A DNA stretch of 62,778 nucleotides, the filler included, from Sphacelaria rigidula (taxonomy: Eukaryota): the NCBI GenBank assembly GCA_964200075.2. It is 9 parts of 9 records of this genome, joined end to end, with 100 filler letters (N's around TTAATTAATTAA, not from the genome) between each part and the next. Parts side by side here need not be neighbours in the genome. Positions count along the whole stretch, not along the records: positions 20,965 to 27,850 come from CAXNAA020017574.1; positions 27,951 to 34,836 come from CAXNAA020017575.1; positions 34,937 to 41,822 come from CAXNAA020017576.1; 6 more parts are not named here. One strand, given 5' to 3'. Numbering within the stretch: the stretch's first letter is position 1; every line of letters starts with the position of its first letter. A model generated the notes under the pieces. That model was not told the origin of the DNA and did not search any database. It saw only the letters and a list, made by a program, of their open reading frames with translations. The position numbers and the translations under genes were made by a program. Below, piece by piece: positions 25,717 through 36,949 of the stretch.

Positions 25717-26978
25717 ATCTGTTTGCCTTGAAATCTGGTCATAGGCCCTGAAACTTTGCATAAATATGCTACGTGTCATTACGCAACTTTTCATGGACGA
25801 GGTTTTTTACTTGATGAGTTTTTCACCTTTTTTCTGGTCCGACGACATCCAAGCCGTTTTACAAAGTAGTCTCCATTCTGGAACCTTTGAGAACCGGCAC
25901 TGCGATTTTGTTCATCATTATTCGTGAACGAGCTGTCGCCGCATAGCCCAAGGAAGGGCCCCACGAAACTTTCGTCGCAAAAATTGATCAACGGATGCTT
26001 GAATTTTCATGTTCACGTCAAAGAAGGCCCAAAAACGCCGTTTTCTTGCTGAAATCGAGTAGTTTGCGGTCTCACTGCAGCACGTCAAAGTCCATCTCAC
26101 AAAAGCGAAAAACCTCACGCCATTTTAAGGAGTTCGACCCTAAAATCTTGCACAACTGTGCTATGGGTCATTACGCCACTCTGGATGAACGAGTTTTTTT
26201 TAGTTTTCTTTAAAACTTACCATTTCACGGGGGTCCGATTTGATCGATGTTCCCCCCAAAAAACTGCGACCCCCGAAAAACGATGGAAAACGTCGAAAAG
26301 TCGGAAAACCTCGACCTTCGACAGTTGCGTAGCGCCACAGAAAACATCTGTGCAAAATTTCAGGGTCTAACTCCTTACAACGGCGTGAGGTTTCGCCGAT
26401 GAATGTTTTTTTGGTGATGAGCCTGAACCAGCCTGTATGGGGGAAAAAAATAGTGATGCTTTTGAGCCGAAGTGACGCCACGAGTTTGATTTTTGGTCAG
26501 TGGTGGGCGGCTTCAAATCAAAACCGGGTGCTCATTTTGCCGGTCAAAATTGAGGAGCCATCTGCAATCAGGCGAAGCACTAAAATGATAGGAGGACAAG
26601 GGTCTCAAATAATATCTCAAGGCTTCTGTCTACGTGAGGGGACACCGCAGTCGGTGCCACAGGAGTCACTAAAGTGAGCAAAAAAAACACGCTTTTGCCA
26701 ACATTGCGTTGTGGGTGATGAGAGAAGACACGCCGCAAAAACTCACTTTCCTTCTATTCATAAACCTGGTTTTAGGGTTGTCAGTAAAGCGACCAGGGCC
26801 GTCAACCGCCCCCCTTTCCCTGCGGCCACTCCTTGTTACTTCTCGTGCTCCACCCTATCCCCCCGAAACCACAACCCCAGCAGCTCGAATATCGTACACG
26901 ATCGGACAAAGAGAAGGAAGCTACTCGGACCGCAAAGTCTAGGCTATCGTCCACTTGTCTGTATCTCGTTCATAGTAG

Positions 26979-27820
26979 ATCTCTCCTGACGCACTCCGAA
27001 TGTGCAGCACCGGTGGAAAAAGTAAGGGCCATCGCCGAGGGTCACACCGGCGGACGACTCAAACCGCAAAAGTGGCTGAGCCCCCGTTCCTACGGTAAAG
27101 ATACGGCGACTGTGCTGTTCAGTGCGCCGGAGGCGTCCTTCGCGTCATGTGATGGCGCATCTGTAGAAAAGCAGGGGTTGGAGGGGTGCAATGACCATCC
27201 GGGTGCAGAAGGTAGTAACTTCAACTTTCGATCGGCCGGGGAAGGCGCGAGTCGTGAAGTCTCCATCCCCTCGGCCTCAGAAAACAATGTACGGGAGGTG
27301 TTCCCACGGAATCCGCCGACAGTACCTCTCAAGGAAGTGGGTAACACCCCCCTTCAAATCGGGAGAGCTGCCGGTGGTAGAGTCCCGGAGGTACAAAATT
27401 CAACTTCATCGGCCAAGGCCAAGAAAAGACGTACACCGCCCAACTCCGGCAGGGGCACACCACCACGTGCTGACGTACGTCTATCGAGGCGGAAGAGAAC
27501 CGCGATGAATAAGCCGGAGGTTGACAGCGTATGGGGAGCGTGGCATGAACCGCAGCAGGCGGCGTTGCAGCACAGTACCGGGCGAAGGAGGGGCCGCGAC
27601 CCGGCGGCGATTATGGCATACGCGGCGGGACGCGCCGATGCTCTTGGACGCACAGAGGGGGGTGGGGCCCAGCAGCAGTGGAATGCGACAGTGATGACGG
27701 GCGAGCTGCCGGGGGGGGCGGTGGACACGGAAACGGCGGTAGAGGCGTCGAGTGCGAGTGGTTGCGGCGATAGTGTTTCGATGGGGGCCAGCGGGTGCAA
27801 TTCAGCGGCGGCATCGTTCG
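26979..27820 (+). CDS. probable low-complexity exon of an unknown protein (runs into a repeat and the contig end)
   Basis: about 280-codon GC-rich stop-free frame (ORF 26833..) with basic stretches (KAKKRRT, RRKR); no recognisable domain. Confidence 0.45.
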
Positions 27821-27850
27821 GGGGGTGTACTCATGATCATGCATGCCATA

Positions 27851-27950
27851 NNNNNNNNNNNNNNNNNNNNNNNNNNNNNNNNNNNNNNNNNNNNTTAATT
27901 AATTAANNNNNNNNNNNNNNNNNNNNNNNNNNNNNNNNNNNNNNNNNNNN
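27851..27950. other. artificial contig spacer
   Basis: same 100-nt linker. Confidence 0.98.
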
Positions 27951-29107
27951 CGACAGGCTCCAATCTACGAAATCTTTGGAGCCTGTCGTGGAGAATGTGA
28001 CGCGTGCGCTAGACTCCTCTCAGCCAGTCGATGCATCGTGGCTAATAGACATACGGTGGCAATGCTTCATGTTTCGGGGAACAAATACGCTTGTCAAAAT
28101 GTCCCACAAAACGTGGTCGTGGTTCCCACATCCGAGGGAAAAGGATCGATGTTGAAGAAAAAATGTGTGTGTCCCTCCCGTAGCATCACACTTTTCATAT
28201 GGAGAGGCATTTTTCATGGACAGAAACATAGAAGAATTCGCCATGGAAAGCGTGGTGTGACTCGCCATCCGACATTCAAGCTATCTATCGTTGGCACACA
28301 CGAAAATGTCCTCCGAGCAGTTCGTGAAGCCCGGTAACGCAGCGAAACAATGACCACACCCTGGAGTAATGTCCCCAAGCAACGCTGACGCGTCCCCTCC
28401 TTGAACGCGCGTACGTCTTCATATTTACGCACACGAATTCGCTCATATTTGAGTGGGTGCCGCCCTCTCTTCGGCGTTCCGTACGCGTATGGAGCACATG
28501 CTTTGTCTTCTCTTTTTCCGGCTGCCATATATTTCGTGATGTTGGTCGTAACGCTGACGACCGGCCTTTGCACAGGCCAAATCTTTGCGAGAAAATTTCG
28601 AGGCCTCGAGAGAGTTGATAAGTCCAGGAAGAACAAAGTTGCTACGGCAGCTGCAGGACTGGGATCCTTCCAGTCAACCTTTTGGAGACCGGCGATCAGA
28701 ACGTTTCAGTCTTTCCGGGTGTTTGTTGGTACTTGTTTCAGTTTTTCCCGACTGCGCGGAGAGACAACAGCGCTTCTGTGTCAGGGGAGGGCGTCTGTCT
28801 TCCTTGGACCCCAGGGAGTCAGGTCACACGACGTCATGAAATCGACTATAATGCTTTTCAACATATGGCGTCGACAGGATCCTCACGGCGAATGCCTCCT
28901 GCAGGTTTAACTTTCGCTGCTTGATGCTGAAGTTTCGGGCAAGAAACGAAAAAGTGGTGACAGCCGTAAGGGTTGTCGTCCCAGCCTCAGTTCAATTAAA
29001 CCCGTGCGTCATCGTTGTCGTCGTCGCTGCTACTGCTCCCGCTGTCGCTGTTGTGCTTGCTGCTGACCGTTTCCTTGCCAAAAACCACAAATGATACGAA
29101 CAAACAG

Positions 29108-29290
29108 GTGGTCATGCGAGCTATCCGCAAGGTAGCGGCAACCCAGCGCGCTGTGATCTGCACTATTCACCAGCCTTCCACATACCTGTTCGAGATGTTC
29201 GACGCGCTGCTGCTGCTCAAAAAGGGCGGTCAGACCGTTTTCTTCGGCGAACTGGGAGAGAACAGCTCAAACCTCATTTCCTACTTGCAG
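29108..29290 (+). CDS. ABCG/PDR-type ABC transporter exon (NBD H-loop region)
   Basis: CAG|VVMRAIRKVAATQRAVICTIHQPSTYLFEMFDALLLLKKGGQTVFFGELGENSSNLISYLQ|GT; CTIHQPS...FD.LLLLK.GG.TV.FG signature; 61 codons, phase 0/0. Confidence 0.95.
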
Positions 29291-31432
29291 GTTGATCGCC
29301 ATTTATTCTCCCATTGATGATTGTTTGGTGTACATAGAGAGGGAGAAAGCAGATGGTATTTTTCATTTTGAAACTTTCGACCACACCGATGCCGATGTGC
29401 AGTCCGTACGAGAAATGGTATTGAACATGAGCGTTTCGGCGATGTCTTTTGCCCAAACGAACCCACCACCTCAGAAAGTTTTTTTTCCGGTGCATATTGG
29501 CCATCATTCATGTACATGTCTATCGCCGCCCGCCGAGAAACTGACCTGTTCCCTCCAGGTCGATGGTCATATAAATATTTTCTGCGTATATCGATTACTG
29601 CAATAGACTAAAAATGGTTTATCAAGGCCGACATTACAATTTCCTCCTTTAAAAAAACATGCCTGCGGCACACGAAACTCTGCACTACAGGTCACGCGCA
29701 TCTTCGAACAGGTGGGAAACGAAGGTTTCAACGTCGGGATGACCAGCCGACAGAGTGATGCTTAAACCTTGGTTTGCGATTCCCTGTGGGGCAGGAGCTA
29801 ATGCTTTATATAAGGCGTTTTTTTATTCCAGTGTAAATGTTCACACATACGTTTTGAACTCATGAGTTGGACCGAGTTGGACCGATTTTGTTGTGATTTT
29901 GACTCCCTCAAAAGAATATTCAGAAAAAAAACTGGAACCACCAACCAATTAACCAGTCACTTGATTCGTGGACTATGAGTGATAGGCTTTGTTTTGTCTC
30001 TCCTTCAAAGGGTGTTTCCGTTCGTTCACCTTGAGTACGTCAATTTTTCTGGATAATGACCACGGCTGGACTAGTACCATGGCTATATCCATCGGAGATC
30101 AGTTAATGTGCGACAAACAATCAATCAAGCAATCAGGCAGCCAGGGCTGTCGCACCGCTGCGACGCTCACATCGGTCTTTTATGAGTCTTGTCCCGTCAT
30201 CGAACCCATTATATACTCGCTGCGCTTCATAGTGCAGTACGGCATCGCATGTACTAGAAACTGTACTGCGGTTTTTGTTGTCATCGTGTATGATTTGTAT
30301 CCAAAGCGAACACGTTTGGTAATTTTAACGGTCGTGCCACCGTTTTTCGTGTCAGTGAAAAGTCAATAGCCAGACTTTTGACGGGACGTTTATTTTTTGG
30401 TCCGCGCAGCGGTAAGACGCATTGGCAGTGCTACGTCCTGCTATATATACATGGCTATTGAACTTTCGTAACATGAGTCGAAAATAGATACACCGACACC
30501 TACACGATGCCTGCATGCACGTTGTAGGAGCGATCCAGTAGACCTCAAGAAATATACGTAAGCAATGATCAGTACTCGGTTCTTACCTGTTTTCATACTG
30601 AACGAAGTTCTGAGAAAATTTATGATTCGGGGCACGTGAGTAGTGGTGAGCAGTATTACCAGTACGTCCAGAGCGTGTTTTGGTCCAAAATTGGCTCAAA
30701 GGCGCCGATTTGAGCTCTGGCAACGCACACTTTGCTTAAGAAATACTTTGCAACCCCCTTGCCCCGAGGGTTCTCGGTATGCCTTGGTCCGGGGTTAGCG
30801 TTTGTGTTAGTGTCAGAGTTGGCGACATCTCCGTAGTATCAATCACTGTTTACGTACATTTCTTTGGGCTCCCTCGAGCGATCAGCATCCGATGCATTGG
30901 CGTGTGAGGGCTACACATACCGGCCGTTGACCGTGTCGACTAGGTCGTGAATTGGTGGGTTTATTTTCCTCTGCTCATAGTTACATACCAAACCCTCCCC
31001 TTCCTCGGGGGCGAGTCCGTGGTCTCCAGTAGTCAACCATACCTCCATCGGCACATGGCTTGCATTTTGATATCGCGGTTGAAATTAGCGCCATCCGCAT
31101 GACGTCGACTCTCGTCAATTTTTCTTCGCTACTCCCGCCCTCCCGTTTTCGACGACACGAAACAGATATTTGTACTCCTGAGAAGATAATACGCACGTCT
31201 TTGAATTCAAAGCCCCGACGCCGACGCAACTGGGTCTCACGATGTACCGATTACACCGTGTGGACGCGGCGACTGTTGGTGATGTAATGCTGACGTACAA
31301 ACGATTGCTGCAGTAAATACTCCGGACGCATTGCGGTCGTGCAAAGGATGAGTTAGAGCGGGCCGCGAGCTCTACTCAAAAAGATTCAATTGCCTGCATG
31401 GCTGTCCACTGCCAGCGTGCTTCAACCGGATC

Positions 31433-31482
<50 letters not shown>

Positions 31483-31558
31483 CACACAGCGAACGCGAGN
31501 NNNNNNNNNCTCCAAAAAAACCCTCTCCCCCCTCCGCCCTCCCCCCCCCCCGGGGTTT

Positions 31559-31591
<33 letters not shown>

Positions 31592-31805
31592 CACGCGAGG
31601 TCAATGGTCTTATAACTGTGGCATGCATGATCATGAGTACACCCCCCCCAACACCTGTCAACTCATGAGCTCGATCAACTCTCGTTCGATCATTCCCTTC
31701 GCTCCCTGGGTCTTGTGCCCGTGATCGTCGTCTGCCGTCTGCCGCGGCCGTGCGTGCGTGCGTGCGTGCATGTGTGTCTGTGTTCTCGAAACATTAAACG
31801 CGCAG

Positions 31806-31892
31806 TCCATCCCCGGCACGAAGCCCATTCGAGACAACGTCAACCCTGCGACCTGGATGCTCGAAGTTATCGGTGCGGGTACCAGCGCCAAG
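31806..31892 (+). CDS. ABCG/PDR transporter exon
   Basis: CGCAG|SIPGTKPIRDNVNPATWMLEVIGAGTSAK|GTGTGT; NPATWMLEV is the PDR post-NBD2 motif; 29 codons. Confidence 0.95.
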
Positions 31893-33228
31893 GTGTGTTT
31901 CTTGTCATATGTCGTGATGCATATATGTTGCTTTTCGTAAGTCTACTATCAAGTGACTTGGACCACCCGTGGTCAGTTCTAGTGACGCCTCTCACCTGTC
32001 GTAATATCAAGTGATGTGGTTTGCTGATGCTCAGTTCAAGTATTTTCCCCCCACACTCTAAGATCAAGTAACTTGTTTGGTGTAGGAATTGGCGTTAAGC
32101 TAGGTTCATGTTTATGCGAAAGTCAGTGTCCCCCCCCCACCACCCCTCTGGAGTGGATATTATGGCATGCATGATCATGAGTACACCCCTCTGGAGTGGA
32201 GAAAAAAACAAGAATGTGTCAGGGTCCAGAATTTGTTTTCTGAACCCTGGGGCGCATACTAGTTTTTCGTGGTGAAATTATAGAGGGCGGAATGAGGGCT
32301 TTTCCAATCATACTATTTGGAAACAACGCCGCGCGACAGCCGCTCAGGAAGATGATCGAGACGAGGCCGTCGTCAAGGCATGACAAACACCGCAGAGAAG
32401 ATACCTTTCACGGCTTGAAATCGGGAGACCTGTCGTTCATGCTCGCTCGCTGAGTAGTCTCGCTGGTACCCTATGTTTACGCACCTTTAAATCTTGTGTA
32501 TGTATCATGGCTTGATCTTCCAGTAATCTTCTGCTCATGGCCGCGCAACGCGGCGGCAAGTCACACCCACGCACACAACAACCCACTACACACAACGAGC
32601 TAGCTATCCGGTCCGGTTTTAGGTGTGATGAAGTACAGTTGGCAATCGTAAAAATAAGATATATGTAGAGTTTGCGGGTGTGTCGAGTACACACAGGGTT
32701 TTCGCCAGATCGAGACTCTAGCCGAGAAGCAGAGAAACTCTCGCCGCGTTTTTGGGCTTTAATCTTGAAGGTAACGAACGAGTCTCTTTCGCCGCAGCTT
32801 GCCTATATCGACATATCACCCGCCCTGGCGGTCAAGGGGTGTGTTCGAATGGCGGTGCGGAACGTGTAGATTAAGACTCGTCCACAAAGGGAAGATTCGT
32901 TTTGTTGAACTAACATTAAGAATAAAGAGCAAAATACACAAATGGGTCGAACCATGCCCTTTTCAGCCAAAAAGGGGTAGTGTCAAAGTACAGGTACAGG
33001 CTCTGCCCGTGCTCCTTTGAAATCGACCGAAATCCGACCCTGACGCAAAGGCAACTCAACCACGGCCCAAGTAGAGCACGGGAGTCAACTCCCACGAACT
33101 TTCGGACGAGCCTACGGACCAAGCAGTTTTGCGGGCTGCAAAGGCTGTGCAGTAGGCCTAGTCTAGTCAGAGAACGGGGTGAGATTACCCACGGCCATCT
33201 AATAGTTTTGTGTGGAAAGTAAACGTAG

Positions 33229-33400
33229 GTGGCACGAAGTCGTTTTGATACATTGGACAGTAGCGAGAAAACGATGGCTATACTAGGAGATAGATGGGGA
33301 CCACAGACGCCGAAACAGGAAGGGGGTAAGATATGTAAACGATTTTCGTGTCATGTATGGAAGAAACGTAATGAGCGCCCAAATGTTGGAGGTGTCTCTG
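33229..33400 (+). mobile_element. LINE-like ORF C-terminal fragment inside an ABCG intron
   Basis: LDSSEKTMAILGDRW...KICKRFSCHVWKKRNERPNVGGVS, homologous to GDRICKRLLCNVWKKR...NVGGVSIRSRNGAPS at 41923-42052(-). Confidence 0.6.
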
Positions 33401-34688
33401 TTGCCAATGACGGTATGTTCCAGCTTGGAGTGTCAGTAATTTGGTTCTGGTTTGGCGAATCCCGTACACACATTTTTGTAGCATAGAAGGGCTATCACCT
33501 TGGCGTAACTGAATATGGTCTTTACTTTATCCCACACTGGTAATCGCTTGTATGGTCTGCTATTCACCAGGTATGGCTTATTGACGTTTTCTGTACCGTA
33601 GTTGGATACTACCTTGTTTCTTTGCGTTACACTTGGTTTCCGTTACGGATCGGAGGAAGAGGTCTAGGGGTGGGGGGCGCCAGTCCAGGGGCACCACAGC
33701 ACTATCGCGCTCATGCACATTCGAGTACCAACGATTCGAACCGAGTTCGCGGTACGCATATCATGCTCAGCAGCGAAGAGGCTGCAGGTCGTCACACACG
33801 CGCTCTAAGCAGCATCAGCTGCATGCAAGGCGGGCGTACTTTAGGTGACGACCAGAGGAATCTCAAAAAAGCGGTCCCGATGATGGCGTAGATACTCCTT
33901 GTATTATCGGCGAACAGGCTAGTCGCTGCTATGCTTGTTGCGATCAGTTCTCGAGACGTTGTGGACACATGAGGAGTACGAGGACCACATATGAACGCTA
34001 TAAAGATGGAGTATGACTCATTGAATACCAAGCATAACAAAAATACGACACATGCAGGATAGTCGACTGAAAAATGACCTAAACATCCGGAACATCCCTC
34101 AGCCTTATTTATAAGGCTAAACTAACAATATTCAAGGGGTGGAAGGGGCGGGGAAAAAAAAAAGCCTGTACATTAACGCCTGAAGGTAAAATGAGAGAAA
34201 CCTGCATAATTATAGCGCAGGGGAAACCTCTTTGCAGATCTAATAGATAGGTAAACCCTGTTGAGCAGGGGGAAACCCTATCCGTTAGGAAAGGGATTAT
34301 CTATGGCGCCCTTTCCAACGACAGAAACAGCAGATGAGTGCTGTCGCTGTGAGCGGACGAGGGAAACGACGGAAAATAAGGTGGACCTCTCTGGACTACA
34401 TACATACCACTTGGACACAGTTGGGCTGAGCGGGATGCGTCGCATTATTCATCACAGCAGTATTCCCTTCCCCATGAGACGTGGTTGATTGGATGTTCGC
34501 GGTGAATATGTTGCTGATAGCGCTCGTCCTGCACTTCCTCCCCTGTGTTGATTTTGTGCCTCATTACACCTCGACATGTTTGTATTTCGGCGCTTGTACG
34601 CTCTGTCATTTCTTGTTTGTTTCCGTCGACTGACAACCGAAACTTTACCCCAAAACCGCTGGGGTGCGCGGCGTGCTTTGCGCGGCAG

Positions 34689-34754
34689 GTCAACCCCCAG
34701 GTGTACGCGGACTACTACCAGAAGAGCAACCTCAAGATGCAATCCATGGAAGAG
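34689..34754 (+). CDS. ABCG/PDR transporter exon
   Basis: GCAG|VNPQVYADYYQKSNLKMQSMEE|GTATAT; in phase, resembles the (D)FA..Y..S.L segment that follows NPATWMLEV. Confidence 0.8.
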
Positions 34755-34836
34755 GTATATACCGACTATCAGGAGAATTAGACAGTGGAACCAGGAGCAC
34801 GAATGGATGACACACTAGTCCAAGGGGGGAGGGGGG

Positions 34837-34936
34837 NNNNNNNNNNNNNNNNNNNNNNNNNNNNNNNNNNNNNNNNNNNNTTAATTAATTAANNNNNNNN
34901 NNNNNNNNNNNNNNNNNNNNNNNNNNNNNNNNNNNN
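34837..34936. other. artificial contig spacer
   Basis: same 100-nt linker. Confidence 0.98.
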
Positions 34937-36407
34937 GCCTTCGTCGGAGGATGGGGAATATACATACGACACGGTATCAGTGGATGAGAGTCGAGAGACA
35001 GCAGAAGTCGTTGAGAACCCATCCTTTTGCCCCCCATTTCATATCTTGGGCAAGCGGATCGAACTCTTCAACAGCTTCGACTGGTTTCAAATCCCATACA
35101 CCGATTGCGAATGTATGTACACACAACCATGCTAAGTATAGCTTTAGCTTGTAGTTATAGTAGATCGAATTTTTCCTGTAGTCAATTCATCAGTGAACGT
35201 TGACATTTCTGAAACCCTCTCCATGTTTCATGACAACAACCTGGTCCTAATCCAGCAGGTGTGTAATGTGAACACTTCGGATTCTTGAAAAATTATCAGA
35301 GATTTCATTTTGTTTTCACAAGATGGACATGAGACGAGTGCGAGTGATGTTTAAAAATTGCTGGGTATTCCAACACTCAATATGGCAACCAACTGTGGTC
35401 AGAATCAGTCAATGGTACCGTGTCGGTGCCAGTATGATGCTCAAAGTCGAACAACTCACTTTGAGGACAGAATGGAACTGAGGAGCTCGACAGAGTGTTA
35501 CCTGAACCACATGGTGTTTCGTGTGAGGCCAACATTGCTTCGTTGATACCATCAAAGTAAAACATGGATGTATGACCGAATCCAGTAAACATCGGGTGGC
35601 TCAACATATGACGGACAACATTCAACATTTTTACATGACTGAAGGTGATGTCATGTGGTTACTGAGTATACGAGCACACAACATGGCGATCGACTGGGGT
35701 CCTAATCCATCAGTGGTGCGGTGTTGGTGTGCGTTTTCCAATGATACACTCATCGTTGACAACGAAGAATGTGGTTGAGAATGCCCGACAGAAATAATAT
35801 GTAATTCGTATCTTTAACGAGTACCAACAAGAAGCACCTGGCTTCGTCGACACCGTCGAAGACGTTTCCGATGAGTGGCCAGTCCAGTGAACCAGACCCG
35901 GGTAGCTCAACATGGGAAAAAAATGAGCCACTATTTTCGGGGGCATGATCATGTTTAACAAGCGTGGACGGTGCAAACATGGTAATTGAATACATAGCGT
36001 ACAACATAGCCGCGCCCCGATGATGTAATGATCCGACTGTCGCCATGAGGGTGGAGAGAACAGGGGTTCGATTCCCGATGCGTTGGGTTTTTCCTTCGTG
36101 ATGTATGATTTCCACGGTGGAAAGCGTGAGAACGTGAGTGAACAAAGTAGTCGCCTGGGTCTGTCTGAACGCGCGTTGCCGCGGCGCNNNNNNNNNNGGG
36201 AGAGATGGGTTGATCTCTTGAGACCACGGACTCATCCCGAGGAAGGGGAGGGGTTCAAAGTGTGAGTAAAAACAAAAGTTGCACAAATCTGTACGAGAGC
36301 CTGTGACGCTCGCAATTATGATGGACGAAGGAAAAGTATACCATGGACAATGACATTAAAGCGAGGAGAGATGCGGGGTAAAGTGTGTGTAACTATGTAT
36401 ATTGATG

Positions 36408-36579
36408 TGATACGTTTCGATTGATGTGTAAGGCACTCGGAGACCTGGGTGGACATTTTCCAAGTTTGCAAACGTACAATACAAATTGGACACATCGGTA
36501 CCCAGACGAAAACCATCTCGAGGACAAGACGTGGTAGCGATTGCTCAGATCGACTTCACTGAAAGACTTCCTCGTATCA
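36408..36579 (-). repeat. candidate 3' LTR of the Gypsy element (left boundary uncertain, possibly 36302)
   Basis: TGATACG...CGTATCA inverted ends, immediately preceded on the minus strand by a G-rich PPT-like tract GCGGGGGG. Confidence 0.45.
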
Positions 36580-36949
36580 CCCCCCGCGGCTAGACCACCA
36601 GGAAAGAGACACAAAAGACACATTCGAAACGCGACAGCTGAGGAAGGCGGTCGGCTCGAGAAATACAGATTGCGTACATGGGGACGCATGTACACACTCA
36701 AGTCCAACTGTAGGATACGGTGTATCACCCTAGTTGACGTACACACACAAATGAACCATGTTCGGACATCAAGAGCCAAGACAAGGTGCAGAATACACCG
36801 GTACGCCTGTGGCGAACGACGCGTGCCGACAACTAGTATGTACACACGGCACCGAAAACGTGACAAAAGAAAAAAACAAACACGCCAAACCACAAAAGGT
36901 GTACGGACACAGCTATTGGTAGCCCCCACGGAGTTGTTACTTTTCGCTG

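Noticed and set aside
28401-28910. 169-aa ORF
   Set aside because: No start or splice support and no recognisable motif; probably intronic sequence upstream of the first ABCG exon seen
31376-31724. Poly-Pro/poly-Gly ORFs
   Set aside because: Translations of homopolymer C/G runs around an N gap inside an intron
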